Shown here piece after piece: positions 44,706-55,735 of a stretch of DNA of 64,000 nt. This DNA is from Chlamydiales bacterium. Lineage in GTDB: Bacteria; Chlamydiota; Chlamydiia; Chlamydiales; JAAZZY01. A program made the translations under genes and the position numbers. The stretch's first letter is position 1, and every line of letters begins with the position of its first letter. The stretch spans positions 64,001-128,000 of the forward strand of contig CBDBKM010000005.1 of assembly GCA_965206695.1 (NCBI GenBank), in the 5' to 3' direction. The notes below the pieces were generated by a model. The model was not told the DNA's origin. It saw only the letters and a list, made by a program, of their open reading frames with translations, and did not search any database.

Positions 44706-45955
44706 AGGGGGCGAATTTGACCCTGTCCCCTTACAATCCATTTATAACTCGTTAATTCAGGTAAAGACATAGGACCTCTAGCATGTAATTTTTGAGTGCT
44801 AATTCCTATTTCAGCTCCCATTTCAAATTGCGCTCCATCTGTAAACCCTGTTGAAGCATTCGCATAAACTACCGCAGCATCTACTTCTTTTAAAAATTGT
44901 TCGATATGATCACTATTATTCGACACAATCGCTTCACTATGCTTCGAACTAAAAAGAGAAATATGAACGATGGCCTCATTGATATTATTAACACTCTTGA
45001 TTGCCATCTTATAAGATAAAAACTCATGACCGAATGAGTCAGAGGATGCCTTTTTTAAAAGTGATGAAGGATAATGACCATCTAGTGCAGCAAAAGCATC
45101 CGGATCGGCAAACAACTCAACATCCCGGTCTTTTAGATCTAGAACCAATTCCTTTAAATGAGAGAGTATCTTTTTATTTACAATCAAAGTATCCAAAGCA
45201 TTACAAACACTCACTCTTCCGGTTTTAGCATTCAGAATAATTTTTTTTGCCATATTGACATCAACCTCTTCATCAATATAAGTATGTACAATGCCGGCTC
45301 CCGTCTCTATTACAGGAATTTTAGAATGCTCTTTTACATAATCGATTAGAGCCTTACTCCCTCGTGGAATAATAACATCAATAAGCCCTGATGAGGTTAA
45401 TAGTACATGGGTTGCTTTTCTATCCGGTGGTATAAGGGCTACTATATTGGGATTGACTTTCTCTTCTTCTAAAATTTTATATATAAGATCGACAATAGCT
45501 CGGTTGGAGTGATGGGCATCACTACCCCCTTTTAGGACAAGAGCATTTCCCGATTTAAAGCATAAAGAAAAAACATCAAATGTCACATTCGGTCTTGCTT
45601 CATAAACAACGCCGACAACCCCTAAAGGAACGACTATTTTAGAAATTTGCAAGCCGTTATCTAATGTCCTACCTTCCAAAACATCCCCTAATGGATTTTT
45701 TAACAAAATAATATTACGAATATCCTGAGCAATAGCAAGAAGCCTCTCTTCATCAAGCAACAATCTATCATACTTTGGAGAGCTTCTCTCCATTTTACTT
45801 AAATCTTTTTGATTAGCCTCTAAAATAGTTTCGATGTTTTTTTCGATTGCATTGGCCAAATAAGTGAGAACTTGATTAATTTTTTCCTCATTGAGACTAA
45901 TCAAAGAAGAGCTTGCCTCTTTAACCTTTTGTAGTGTTTTTGTAACTATTTCCAT
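44702..45955 (-). CDS. proA: Gamma-glutamyl phosphate reductase
   Basis: YEARPNVT, IPRG, VCNALDT, NASTGFTDG, EIGISTQKLHARGP. Confidence 0.96.
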   Translation of the reverse strand: MEIVTKTLQKVKEASSSLISLNEEKINQVLTYLANAIEKNIETILEANQKDLSKMERSSPKYDRLLLDEERLLAIAQDIRNIILLKNPLGDVLEGRTLDNGLQISKIVVPLGVVGVVYEARPNVTFDVFSLCFKSGNALVLKGGSDAHHSNRAIVDLIYKILEEEKVNPNIVALIPPDRKATHVLLTSSGLIDVIIPRGSKALIDYVKEHSKIPVIETGAGIVHTYIDEEVDVNMAKKIILNAKTGRVSVCNALDTLIVNKKILSHLKELVLDLKDRDVELFADPDAFAALDGHYPSSLLKKASSDSFGHEFLSYKMAIKSVNNINEAIVHISLFSSKHSEAIVSNNSDHIEQFLKEVDAAVVYANASTGFTDGAQFEMGAEIGISTQKLHARGPMSLPELTSYKWIVRGQGQIRPL

Positions 45956-45957
45956 AA

Positions 45958-47037
45958 TTAAATATTGCCTATAAAAAGGTAATCGTAGTGGATTAAAGCC
46001 CGTCCACCTTTTTTCCCTGCTAATTTTTTTGCTTCTTCTGAAGAATATTTTGCTATTCCAAGGCCTAAATTTTTACCTTTTTCATTGTTGATAATAATGA
46101 TATCTCCCTTTAAAAAAGAACCTGAAACTTTTGTAATACCAATCGGCAAAAGACTCCTTATTTCTGTTTTTGAAGTCAGTTGTTTTTCCAAACAGCGATT
46201 GATATAGATTTCTCCTTTTTCTCCCCCTTTTGCATGAGCTATCCATTTTTTTACATTGGATGCTTTTCTTTTTTCAATGAATCGCGTGCCCGCGACTTCC
46301 CCATTCAAAGCATTGATTATCACATCATCTTTTTTACCGTTCAAAATATAGACGGCGATCCCAAGACCCGCTAATCTAGCTGCAACGCGACATTTAGTGT
46401 GCATACCTCCTCTTCCAAATTCAGATTTCCGGGGTGAAATAAAATGTTCGAATGATTCTTTAGATGGGTCTAACTCTGTAATCAGTTCAACATCTTGCTC
46501 ATCAGGAGATCCCGTTAATAGGCCTTGAACGTTTGTTAGAATCATTAACGCATCTGCATTCATCATTGCCGCAATGAGTCCTGCCAACTCATCATTATCA
46601 GTAAACATCAATTCATCTACAGACACAACATCATTCTCATTTACAACCGGTATAACCTTTGACTTCCATAATGCGTTAAAACAATTTTTAATATTTAAGT
46701 AATGATGCCGATCTCTAAAATCTTCTTTTGTAGCTAACACTTGAGCGCAATGGACTCCTGCTCCGGTAAATAAGCGAGAATACGTCCCTATCAATTTAAT
46801 TTGACCTAATGCAGCAAGAGTTTGACGCTCTTCAATGACATCAACGCTCTTGCTAAGCTTCGTTATCCCTTTTCCGGCTGTTAAAGCACCGGAACTGACC
46901 AAAATCACTTCAATTGATTGCCTAAGCATGTGAACAATCTGGTCAACTATTTTAGCTAACCTTCTCCTGTCTAAGAGACCATTTGGTTTGGTAACTAAAT
47001 TACTTCCGACTTTAACAATAATTTTTTTATACTGCAT
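45958..47037 (-). CDS. proB: Glutamate 5-kinase
   Basis: VKVGS, VSSGA, NEND, DNDEL, GGMHTK, PUA domain. Confidence 0.96.
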   Translation of the reverse strand: MQYKKIIVKVGSNLVTKPNGLLDRRRLAKIVDQIVHMLRQSIEVILVSSGALTAGKGITKLSKSVDVIEERQTLAALGQIKLIGTYSRLFTGAGVHCAQVLATKEDFRDRHHYLNIKNCFNALWKSKVIPVVNENDVVSVDELMFTDNDELAGLIAAMMNADALMILTNVQGLLTGSPDEQDVELITELDPSKESFEHFISPRKSEFGRGGMHTKCRVAARLAGLGIAVYILNGKKDDVIINALNGEVAGTRFIEKRKASNVKKWIAHAKGGEKGEIYINRCLEKQLTSKTEIRSLLPIGITKVSGSFLKGDIIIINNEKGKNLGLGIAKYSSEEAKKLAGKKGGRALIHYDYLFIGNI

Positions 47038-47188
47038 AAATTCGTATCGTCTTTTAATGCCTCTTGAGATTATCATATCTTCGATCTTTTTATTCTTTAA
47101 TAAGCTTCATGAATACTTATATCAATATTATAATATTTACTGAAATATTACTTTGAAATAAAGAGAAAACCGGATAAGAAAAACACTT

Positions 47189-48854
47189 TTGACAGCTCCC
47201 AACCCTAAAGGGAAGGGATTCCTAATTCATTGACCACTGCTAACAAACAAGCTAGTCTAACATGATCTCCAAAGGCTTAAATTACCGACTGCCCCTGCGG
47301 TATCGATATTAATAGATGCATTAAGATCTCTATCGTGTGTTACTTTGCAGTTTGGACACTGCCAACTTCTCACACTTAAATCTAAAATTTCTATTTGGTA
47401 CCGGCAGGCAGAGCATAGTTTTGAACCGGCAAAAAATTGATCTAATTCCACTATATTTCTTCCGTACCATTCACACTTATACTTTAAAAATGTTAAAAAC
47501 CGGCTCCATCCTGCATCCGATATATGCTTGGAAAGTTTTTTATTTTTTAACATCTTATTAATATTTAACCCTTCTATCGTGATCGTTTGGTTTTCACGAG
47601 CCAACTTTGTAGAAAGTTTATGATGAAAGTCCTGCCTTATATTTTTTATCTTCGAATGTATCGAAGCCACCGATCTTCTTTTTTTGAGTCTGTTTTTACC
47701 TTTGACTTTAGCTTTGCTAAGAGAACGTTGTTTTCTTTTTAGTCTTTTCTTATGAAATCTAAAAGGTTTAGGTGCCGTAATCTTTTTCCCTGTAGAAAGA
47801 GTTGCGAATGTCGTTAATCCTAAATCTATACCGACAGAATTATTTCTCTTCTCAAAAGGGATCACTTCTTCTTCTACTATATAGGCTCACAAAATACCTG
47901 TCACAAGAGCCTTTTGTGATTGTTATACCTGTTGGTGTACCTAAAAAACACCTTGACCAATGTATTTTTAATCTGTCTTTAGATTTTGCAATCTTAAGAT
48001 TAACCCCATCCCAACTAAATGCTGACTTAGTTAATCGTATTGCCTGCGTACTGTGTTTGTTTTTAAAGCGAGGGAAATTTGACCTTTTTTTAAAAAGTTT
48101 AAAAAAGCTCTATCAAGATCTCTAAGACTTTGTTGCAGACAAACAGAAGAAACTTCGTTTAACCAAAGAAACTCTTTGTTTTGCTTAAGACTTGTCAAGA
48201 ATGCCGATGTTTTAGAATAACTTACATTCTCTTTGTATTGCCTGATATTTCTTGATCTTAAAATTTAAAGCTTGATTATATACAACTCCGGAACATCCAA
48301 AGCTTTTTGTAAGCAACTCCTTTTGTTTTTTCGTTGGATAGAATCTAAATTTATATGCTTTTTTGATCATCATGTATTGCATTATATGTCCGGTACATAT
48401 ATATTGTCTATCCGGAAAGACGGAAAACCTCTAAAACAGCAGTTTTTAACCTTAGTTACCATGTTATTTGGTGTCCTAAATATAGGAGAAAGGTTCTTGA
48501 AGGTGATATTGTTGTTCGTTTAAAGGAATTATTAGAATTAAAAGCTCTACAACTAAATATAGAAATTAACGAACTGAATATTATGCCTGATCACGTACAT
48601 ATTTTTTAAATACCAAGCCTATATATTCGCCACAATTTTTCATAGGACAACTTAAGGGATATACAAGCCGAATATTAAGGCAAGAATTTTCAAGCTTAAG
48701 ATCCGGGTTACCCACACTGTGGACACGGTCTTATTATGTTGATAGTGTTGGAAAATTAAATGAATATACAATCAGAAAGTATATACGGAATCAAAAAAAC
48801 AAATAGACACTTTCATCCCACCCTTAAAAAGGTGGGGTTTCTCGTTTAATTGTC
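47189..48854 (-). mobile_element. IS605-type element: tnpB (47257..~48373, frameshifted) and divergent tnpA (~48404..48806, frameshifted)
   Basis: TnpB GIDLG, IEGL, CSAC/CPNC, HDRDLNA; TnpA YHVIWCPKYRR, MPDHVH; LE TTTAT|GACAA with hairpin; RE ending gctgtcaa. Confidence 0.93.
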
Positions 48855-49547
48855 ATAAATCAAATGAAATAACCGCTATCCCTGAATTATTAGATCTTTT
48901 AGACATAAAAGGCTTGATAATCACTATTGATGCTATGGGTTGTCAAAAGAATATAGCTAGAAACATTATCGATAAACAAGGAGATTATGTTTTAGCCCTC
49001 AAGGGCAATCAAGGACTTTTTGCTGAAGAAATTACAGAATTTCTAGCAGTAGCACCTTTCGATCCACAAACAACCTATTCTTTTGACAGCGACACGGAGT
49101 GTGATAAAGGTCATGGAAGAATAGAAGAAAGGACTTGTTATGCAACATCTGATATATCCCGGCTTCATGATAAAAAAAATGGAGTGGTTTAAAAACTATT
49201 TGTATCTTAGAATCGAAACGAATCATTCAAAATAAAACAAGCATAGAGAGAAGATGTTTTATATCCGGTCTTCCTGCAAATGCCAAACAAATAACAGACG
49301 CTATTCGAAATCATTGAGGAATAGAAAATCAGCTCCATTGGACTTTAGATGTCGTTTTTAATGAAGATCAATCACGAATAAGGAGTAAAAAATCCGCAGA
49401 CAATATGGCTACAATTAGACACTGTGCAATAAACTTACTCCAATAAGCTAAATCTTTTTTTAAAGGGGCTTAGAAAAAAAGCAGGTTGGGGGAGCCACGC
49501 TTTAGATTTAATCTTAATACAGAACAATTTTTAATGGGACAGCCTTG
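48855..49547 (+). pseudogene. ISAs1-family transposase, 3' remnant
   Basis: KSNEITAIP, TIDAMGCQ, LALKGNQ, GHGRIE, H*GIENQLHW.LDV.F.ED; terminal atgggacagccttg. Confidence 0.9.
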
Positions 49548-49627
49548 CCAATAGAGGTGTTTCTCTTTTTTTAAATCTAATAACCGGATATAATAACTTA
49601 ATCTTAAATCAATTAATTTCTATTATT

Positions 49628-50359
49628 ATGAAAAAAATCCGTTTATCCAAAATTATGTCTGAGAGAGCCCTATGTTCTCGTAGAGAGGCTGATAATTATA
49701 TTTATAAAGGATGGGTATCCGTTGATGGAGTAAAAGTTGATCAGTTGGGGTATCAATGTAGTAGTGATGTTGATATCCAATTAGACACAAAAGCCGATAC
49801 CGCTCAGAATAAAAAAATGACTATCCTTTTAAATAAACCTCTTGGCTATATTTCCGGTCCAAGGCAAGATACGTACAAAGCCGCTAAAGAATTACTGATC
49901 TTAAATAACAAAGACCCTAAATGCCCTGTCCCCGTAAATCAGTTTAACGAAAACAACAATCTGGTTATCGCCGGTAGGCTCGATATTAACTCAAGTGGTT
50001 TAATGGCCTTCACAGAAGATGGTCGTGTTGCCAAACAACTTATCGAAGATCATTCTCAAGTAGAAAAAGAATACCGCGTCATGTTCGATGGCTATCTTTC
50101 TCAAGAAAAATTATCTCTTTTGCAATGTGGACTAAGGCTTGATGGTGTCCCCTTGAGACGAGCTCAAGTTACTCTCACAAAAAATAAAATGCTTAAAATG
50201 ATCCTAAGGCAAGGACGAAAACGACAAATTCGACGTATGTTTGAGTTGATTGATCTTGATATCATCAGTTTAAAAAGAGTTCGTATTGGCAATATCAATC
50301 TGCGCGCTCTCCCTAAAGGGAAATGGCGCTACCTTCAAGAGAGTGAATCCTTTATTTAA
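49628..50359 (+). CDS. RsuA/RluB/RluF-family rRNA pseudouridine synthase
   Basis: S4 domain (CSRREAD), LNKP.GY, GRLD, GRKRQIRRM. Confidence 0.92.
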   Translation: MKKIRLSKIMSERALCSRREADNYIYKGWVSVDGVKVDQLGYQCSSDVDIQLDTKADTAQNKKMTILLNKPLGYISGPRQDTYKAAKELLILNNKDPKCPVPVNQFNENNNLVIAGRLDINSSGLMAFTEDGRVAKQLIEDHSQVEKEYRVMFDGYLSQEKLSLLQCGLRLDGVPLRRAQVTLTKNKMLKMILRQGRKRQIRRMFELIDLDIISLKRVRIGNINLRALPKGKWRYLQESESFI

Positions 50360-50430
50360 ACTCTTGCAAAGAAAGTCATAATTTCTCATCGTCTAACCAT
50401 TCTTTAACTAAAAAGACACAGGGTATCTAT

Positions 50431-51256
50431 ATGAACAAACTTTTTTTATTTTTTGGATGCATTTTTATGCTTTTGCAAACACTGGGAGCAGATATCCACA
50501 CAATAGAAAAATATCAATGATATTAATGATCAATTGCAAACGGCCGATTCTGAAACTCTTGTCATTTTTGATCTTGAACAAGTACTATTCCTTCCCGATG
50601 ATCTCGTACTACGTCCTTGTTCAGAGGCTCTGTTAAAAGACCAAATCTCAATGATTCAAATGGGCTCTTTAGGAGATCATGACTTTGATCTTATCTTAAG
50701 CAAGATCTATCTCCAAAAAACCAATAATTTAGTTGATGCTAATATCATTCAAATTCTTGCAGAATTACAAGCAAAGCATATTCCGGCCATAGGCCTTACT
50801 AAAACAAATATCGGCTCTAAAGGGTATATGCAAAGTCAGGAAGATGCTCGCTTAGTCGAACTTGAAGAATTAGGCATCTCTTTTTCAGAAACATTTCCGG
50901 ATAAAAATGGCATGGTTTTAATGATCGACGAAGAAAAAAATCAACCCATTTTTAAAGACGGTGTTCTTTTCTGTGATCGCTATAGCAAAGAAGAGGTATT
51001 ATCTACTTTTATAAGCCGGCTTAACTTCAAGCCAAAAAACGTTCTCTTTATTGACGGTAAGCTAAAAAATGTAAAATCTGTAGAAGAAAAAATGGAGAAG
51101 CAAGGGATCGCTTTTCAAGGATACCACTACATTGCAGTCAAAAAAGACCTCGAAATTGATGATGAACTAGCTAAGTATCAGCTAAAGCATTTGCTCGAAA
51201 CCGGTAAATGGCTAAATGATGAAGAGGCCGGGTCTCATCTATCTGCTGATGAATAA
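50431..51256 (+). CDS. DUF2608-like (HAD-like) exported protein, frameshift near 50510
   Basis: Signal-peptide-like start at ATG 50431; TLVIFDL, FKDGVLFC, LFIDGK..NV.SVE. Confidence 0.7.
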
Positions 51257-51269
51257 TCCTCTTATTCTA

Positions 51270-51597
51270 AAGTAATAAATTTAATTTTGTTTTTCATTAT
51301 GATGATGTACCATGCACGAATGACTTAATTCACTTGATTTAAGAAAAAAAACCCTCAAATATCTCGATAAGATTGGAGCCGGTTTTTAATTTTTTTAAAA
51401 TATAAAAGCGAGTGCTACGGGAGAAATCCAGTAGAATTAGATCAATATTTTCCTAGTACACAAAAGTGTTCTACATACGGTTATAAACAAGGGCAGTCGG
51501 TAATTTAAGCCTTTGGATATCGTATTAGACCAGCTCTTTTGTTAGCTGTTGTCTGTGAATCAGGAACCCCTTCCCTTATAGGTTTGGGAGCTGTCAA
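51270..51597 (+). mobile_element. IS630 5' stub followed by tnpB scraps and an IS605 right end
   Basis: Degenerate MTYSLDLRKK; GWSRFLIFLKY and QYFPSTQKCS; right end ...ggagctgtcaa at 51597. Confidence 0.75.
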
Positions 51598-51800
51598 ATA
51601 AGCCCTAATTGCCGGTCCTGCCAAAAAGTTATGGCGTATCTTAACTCTGAGAGTAAGCAAATACCTCACAAAGATGTAAAAAACCCTGAAAATAGACAGA
51701 AACTTATTGGCATAGGCGGAAAAGGGCAAGTATCTTGTCTTATTATCAACGGTGTTCCTCTGCATGAATCTCTCGAGATTATTGCATTGCAACGAAGTCT
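51598..51800 (+). pseudogene. Glutaredoxin-like gene truncated by IS605
   Basis: In frame directly after the right end: ISPNCRSCQKVMAYL...GGKGQVSCLIING..LHES. Confidence 0.75.
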
Positions 51801-52269
51801 AGTCGTCTTTAGAATAATCTCTCTGTTTATCATCAATCTCTTTATTACGTTGGCGCTTCCAAGGGCTCCAACCGGGGATATTGGGAAGGGCAAGCAGCCC
51901 AAGGATGATGATAGTTCCGGCGATTCCAACTATGTACATACTATTGGCAATAGATAGTCCGATAGATGCTGTTGCCCATAGAGTCGCAGCTGTTGTCATT
52001 CCTCTTACTCTACCATGATCACGTAAAATAACCCCGGCTCCTAAAAAACCAATTCCGCTAACTATTTGGGCTGCTATCCTGGAAGGATCAGCAGGGCCGT
52101 GTACATTAAAAGAAATAAGTCCAAAGAGGCACGCCCCTAAAGCTACAGCAGCATGAGTTCTAATGCCGGAAAGACCAACATGCTTTTCTCTTTCCAACCC
52201 GATTACACCACCTAAAATAGCGGCAAATAATAATTGGAAAACCATTAATAACTGTTCTTCCCAAGTCAT
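51799..52269 (-). CDS. MgtC/SapB-family protein
   Basis: IGLERE, GIRTH, RIAAQIVSGIGFLGAG, GMTTAATLW. Confidence 0.93.
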   Translation of the reverse strand: MTWEEQLLMVFQLLFAAILGGVIGLEREKHVGLSGIRTHAAVALGACLFGLISFNVHGPADPSRIAAQIVSGIGFLGAGVILRDHGRVRGMTTAATLWATASIGLSIANSMYIVGIAGTIIILGLLALPNIPGWSPWKRQRNKEIDDKQRDYSKDD

Positions 52270-52295
52270 GTGAGCACCTCTTATTAAGCCACTAA

Positions 52296-53814
52296 TTGAC
52301 AGCTCCCAATCCTAAAGGGAAGGGATTCCTCATTCAACGACCCTTGCTAACAAGGGTTAGTCTAATACGATATCCAAAGGCTTAAATTACCGACTGCCCT
52401 TCGGTATCTATATTATAGGCTGCGTTAAAATCTCTGTCATGCAAAGTATTACATTTGGGACATTTCCAAGATCTTATATCGCAATCCAATTTTCCTATAT
52501 TGTGCCGGCACATGGAGCATCGTTGTGTACCGGGAAAATTCTGAGGTAATTCTACTATGTTCCTTCCGTACCAATCACATGTATACTTTAAACATGGTAA
52601 CAATTGACGCCATCCTGCATCTGATATACCTTTCGCATATCTTTTATTTTTTAACATACTTTTGATATCTAAACCTTTAATTATGATTGCTTGGTTTTCA
52701 TAAATCAATTGTGTAGAAAGTATATGATAAAAGTCATGTCTTATATTTTTAGAATGAATCTTGGCAACTTCGATTCTGCTTTTGTTTCTGTTTGAGCTGT
52801 TAGATTTAAATTTACTTAAACGTTTTTGATTTTTTTTTAATTTCTTTTTAAAATGCTTAAATGGCTGAGGGGAAAGTAACTTTTTACCGTTGGATGTTGT
52901 TAGACAACTTTCCGAACCCGGATCTATTTCGGTAGAATGATCCGGTTCTTTAGACTTTGCAATATATAAATGCATTTCCAGCCCATCTAAACGCGGAATT
53001 GGTAAACGAAATTGATTAGGTAGTGTTTTTAGTTTTGAATGTAGGAAAATGAACCCTCTTTTTAAAACAATTTGAATACGCTCTATCAAGGTTCCTAAGG
53101 CTTTGCCGTAGACAAATAGAGATGCTTCCTTTAACCAAAGAAACTCTTTATTTTAAGATCTGTCAAGAATGCTGATATCACAGAGTTAGGAGATACTTTC
53201 TTTTTCTTCTTGATATTTCTTAACCTTAAAATTTAAAGCTTGATTATACACTATCCTGCAACAACCGGAGCTTTTAGCTAAGAGCTCTTTTCGTTTTTTT
53301 GTTGGGTAGAATCTAAATTTATAACGTTTTTAATAGTCATACATTGTGTTATACTATTGGTATATATATTGTCCAGATGGAAAACTGTCAAAGGCAGCTA
53401 TTTTTAATCTTAGTTATCATGTATTTGGTGTACTAAGTATAGAAGCAAAATTTTCGAGGAAAATCTTGAAAAAAAGACTAAGAGAGTTATGAAATGAGAA
53501 AGCCCATCAACTATCTATGGCAATTAAAGCACCTGATATTATGCCCGACCATGTACATATGTTTATCAAAACTCAACCCATTCAATCTTCACAGTTTATA
53601 ATTGGTCAACTTAAAGGATACGGCAGTCGCTTGTTAAGGCAAGCATCCTCAAGTTTAAAATCTCGAGTGTCTACATTAATGAACAAGATCGTATTATGTT
53701 GATAGTGTGGGAGGACTAAATGAATATACAATTAAGGAGTATATCCAAAATCAAAAAAACAAATAGACGCTTTCATCCCAATGATAAAACAAGAGGTTTT
53801 CTCGTTTAATTGTC
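52296..53814 (-). mobile_element. Degraded IS605 element (tnpB and tnpA pseudogenes)
   Basis: Both ends present; TnpB HDRDFNAA with an eroded RuvC-I motif (EIDPG); TnpA MPDHVH. Confidence 0.9.
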
Positions 53815-54059
53815 ATAAAAAATATTGTTTAATATTGTATTAATCGTATTGTAGTAATAAAAAAGTATGTTTTTAAGAGTGAGATCGAATGCCTAAAAAT
53901 TCATGAGACTTTATAAAAAACCTCACAGTATCCGAGACGGAAAAGCCGTAACAGAATATTTGGAAAATCAGCGAGGTATTCCGGAAAGAAAAAAACGATT
54001 AGTAATCCTCTCTTAATTTTAAAAAATCAGTCAATCAGGAGTAACTCAATTTATCGATT

Positions 54060-55481
54060 ATGAAACGATTTAATTTTCTTTTTCTTATATGCATTATTTT
54101 TTCGGCTTCTTCTATTTATTCTTATGATCTTTTAAACGAACCGCTTGCTTTCGAAGATCGTAAGATATCAGATAGTTATGAATTAGGTCACGCTGATCAA
54201 ATTAAAATCCCCCAACCGACAGAGAAAGTCATGAGGTATTACCATACAGGGAATATCCTATGGTTTGTCTCGCAGTTTTGGAACTTAATCATCCCCGCCT
54301 TATTTCTTTTTACCGGTTTTTCTGCAAAGCTCCGAACTTGGGCAAGGATCATTTCCGATAGGTGGTACTTCACCCTTCTCTTTTACTTTTCTTTTTATTT
54401 TATCATCTATCAAGTCATCTCCATACCTCTTTCACTTTATGCCACTTATCTCCGCCCTCATGATTACGGATTGTCAACTCAACCTTTAGGAGCTTGGTAT
54501 GTTCAGTATCTATTAAATACAGTGATTGTTTTAATGATCGGAGCTCTCTTTCTTTGGATCCCTTATATATTAATTAAAAAATATCCTACGCTATGCTGGT
54601 TCTACGCTGCGATCCTTTCCATACCTACCACCATTTTTTTTATACTTATCTACCCTATTTGGATACAACCAATCTTTAACGAATTCAAACCTTTTCCTGC
54701 CGGGCCGCTAAGAAGTAGAATCGAAAATTTAGCGGAAAGGACCGGTATTGATAGTAAGCGCATCTATATAGTAAACAAAAGCAAGGAAACGAATCGAATT
54801 AATGCTTATGTTGTCGGATGGGGACGCACCCAACGCATTGTTATATGGGATACGGCTATTAAAGAGCTAAGTAACGATGAATTGATGTTTGTCCTGGCTC
54901 ATGAAATGGGTCATTATAAACTTGGACATATTTGGATCAGCTTACTTTACTTTAGTTTGACAAATTTTTTAATCTTTTTTCTGATTTATAAGGTTGGACA
55001 TTATTTAATCAATCGTTTTCGATATCATTTCCATTTTCAAAAAATGGATGATGTTGCTTCTTTTCCTCTTTTAATACTCTTATTTAATCTCTTTTCTTTT
55101 ATTACAGAACCCATAGACAATGCCTTCTCTCAATATAGGGAGCATGAAGCAGATCGCTTTGGACTGGAACTGACTCAAAATAATAGAGCCGCCGCTGAAG
55201 CATTTGTTGTTTTACAACGAGAAAATTTAATCAACCCATCTCCCGGCCTATTTTACCGATTATGGATTGCACACCATCCGCCTTTACAAGAAAGAATCAA
55301 CTTTTCTAATAACTATCACCCTTGGGATCAACAGATACCTCTTTTCTATCAATCGCTTTTTAAAGAAGATTTATCTAAAAAGGTAGATTCCAAACAGGAT
55401 TCCCCAAAGCACCATCACCGAAATTCAAACCAATCTAAACGAGGTAACCATGGAAAGAATAAATCCCATCAAATTAATTAA
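54060..55481 (+). CDS. M48 (Ste24-like) zinc metalloprotease
   Basis: Multi-TM, NAYV.G, HEMGH, EHEAD, HPPL.ERI. Confidence 0.92.
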   Translation: MKRFNFLFLICIIFSASSIYSYDLLNEPLAFEDRKISDSYELGHADQIKIPQPTEKVMRYYHTGNILWFVSQFWNLIIPALFLFTGFSAKLRTWARIISDRWYFTLLFYFSFYFIIYQVISIPLSLYATYLRPHDYGLSTQPLGAWYVQYLLNTVIVLMIGALFLWIPYILIKKYPTLCWFYAAILSIPTTIFFILIYPIWIQPIFNEFKPFPAGPLRSRIENLAERTGIDSKRIYIVNKSKETNRINAYVVGWGRTQRIVIWDTAIKELSNDELMFVLAHEMGHYKLGHIWISLLYFSLTNFLIFFLIYKVGHYLINRFRYHFHFQKMDDVASFPLLILLFNLFSFITEPIDNAFSQYREHEADRFGLELTQNNRAAAEAFVVLQRENLINPSPGLFYRLWIAHHPPLQERINFSNNYHPWDQQIPLFYQSLFKEDLSKKVDSKQDSPKHHHRNSNQSKRGNHGKNKSHQIN

Positions 55482-55725
55482 AGAAAAAAGGAATAGGTTT
55501 TTTGTCACTTGTTTTGTGATTTTAATTGCTGCTTGTATCGGAATTATTTCTATTTTTTTCTTCGGGGAGGACAATTCTATAGAAGAATATTCCGAGCATA
55601 TAATTAAATCTTTTTCAGGTATAGATATGGACTTATCCTATCAATCTGAAGAAGAGAATTCTAATTTAGACAAAAACATTAAAACTCTTTTGCTGCGTGA
55701 AGATCTCCAAACCATTTTGAAATAG
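55450..55725 (+). CDS. Small membrane-anchored hypothetical protein
   Basis: GAGG RBS, one TM, DN.IEE..E..IK...GID.DLS motif. Confidence 0.6.
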   Translation: MERINPIKLIKEKRNRFFVTCFVILIAACIGIISIFFFGEDNSIEEYSEHIIKSFSGIDMDLSYQSEEENSNLDKNIKTLLLREDLQTILK

Positions 55726-55735
55726 TTAGGTGGTC

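Noticed and set aside
51631..51957. 108-aa ORF as an intact gene
   Set aside because: Lacks the upstream CxxC start and runs antisense into MgtC; it is a glutaredoxin remnant.
52382..53089. TnpB with altered RuvC as a nuclease-dead repressor (TldR-like)
   Set aside because: N-terminal domains are frameshifted and partly deleted; looks like ordinary decay.
53840..54010. Possible small gene upstream of the M48 peptidase
   Set aside because: Interrupted by stops; resembles an eroded transposase start and is too degraded to call.
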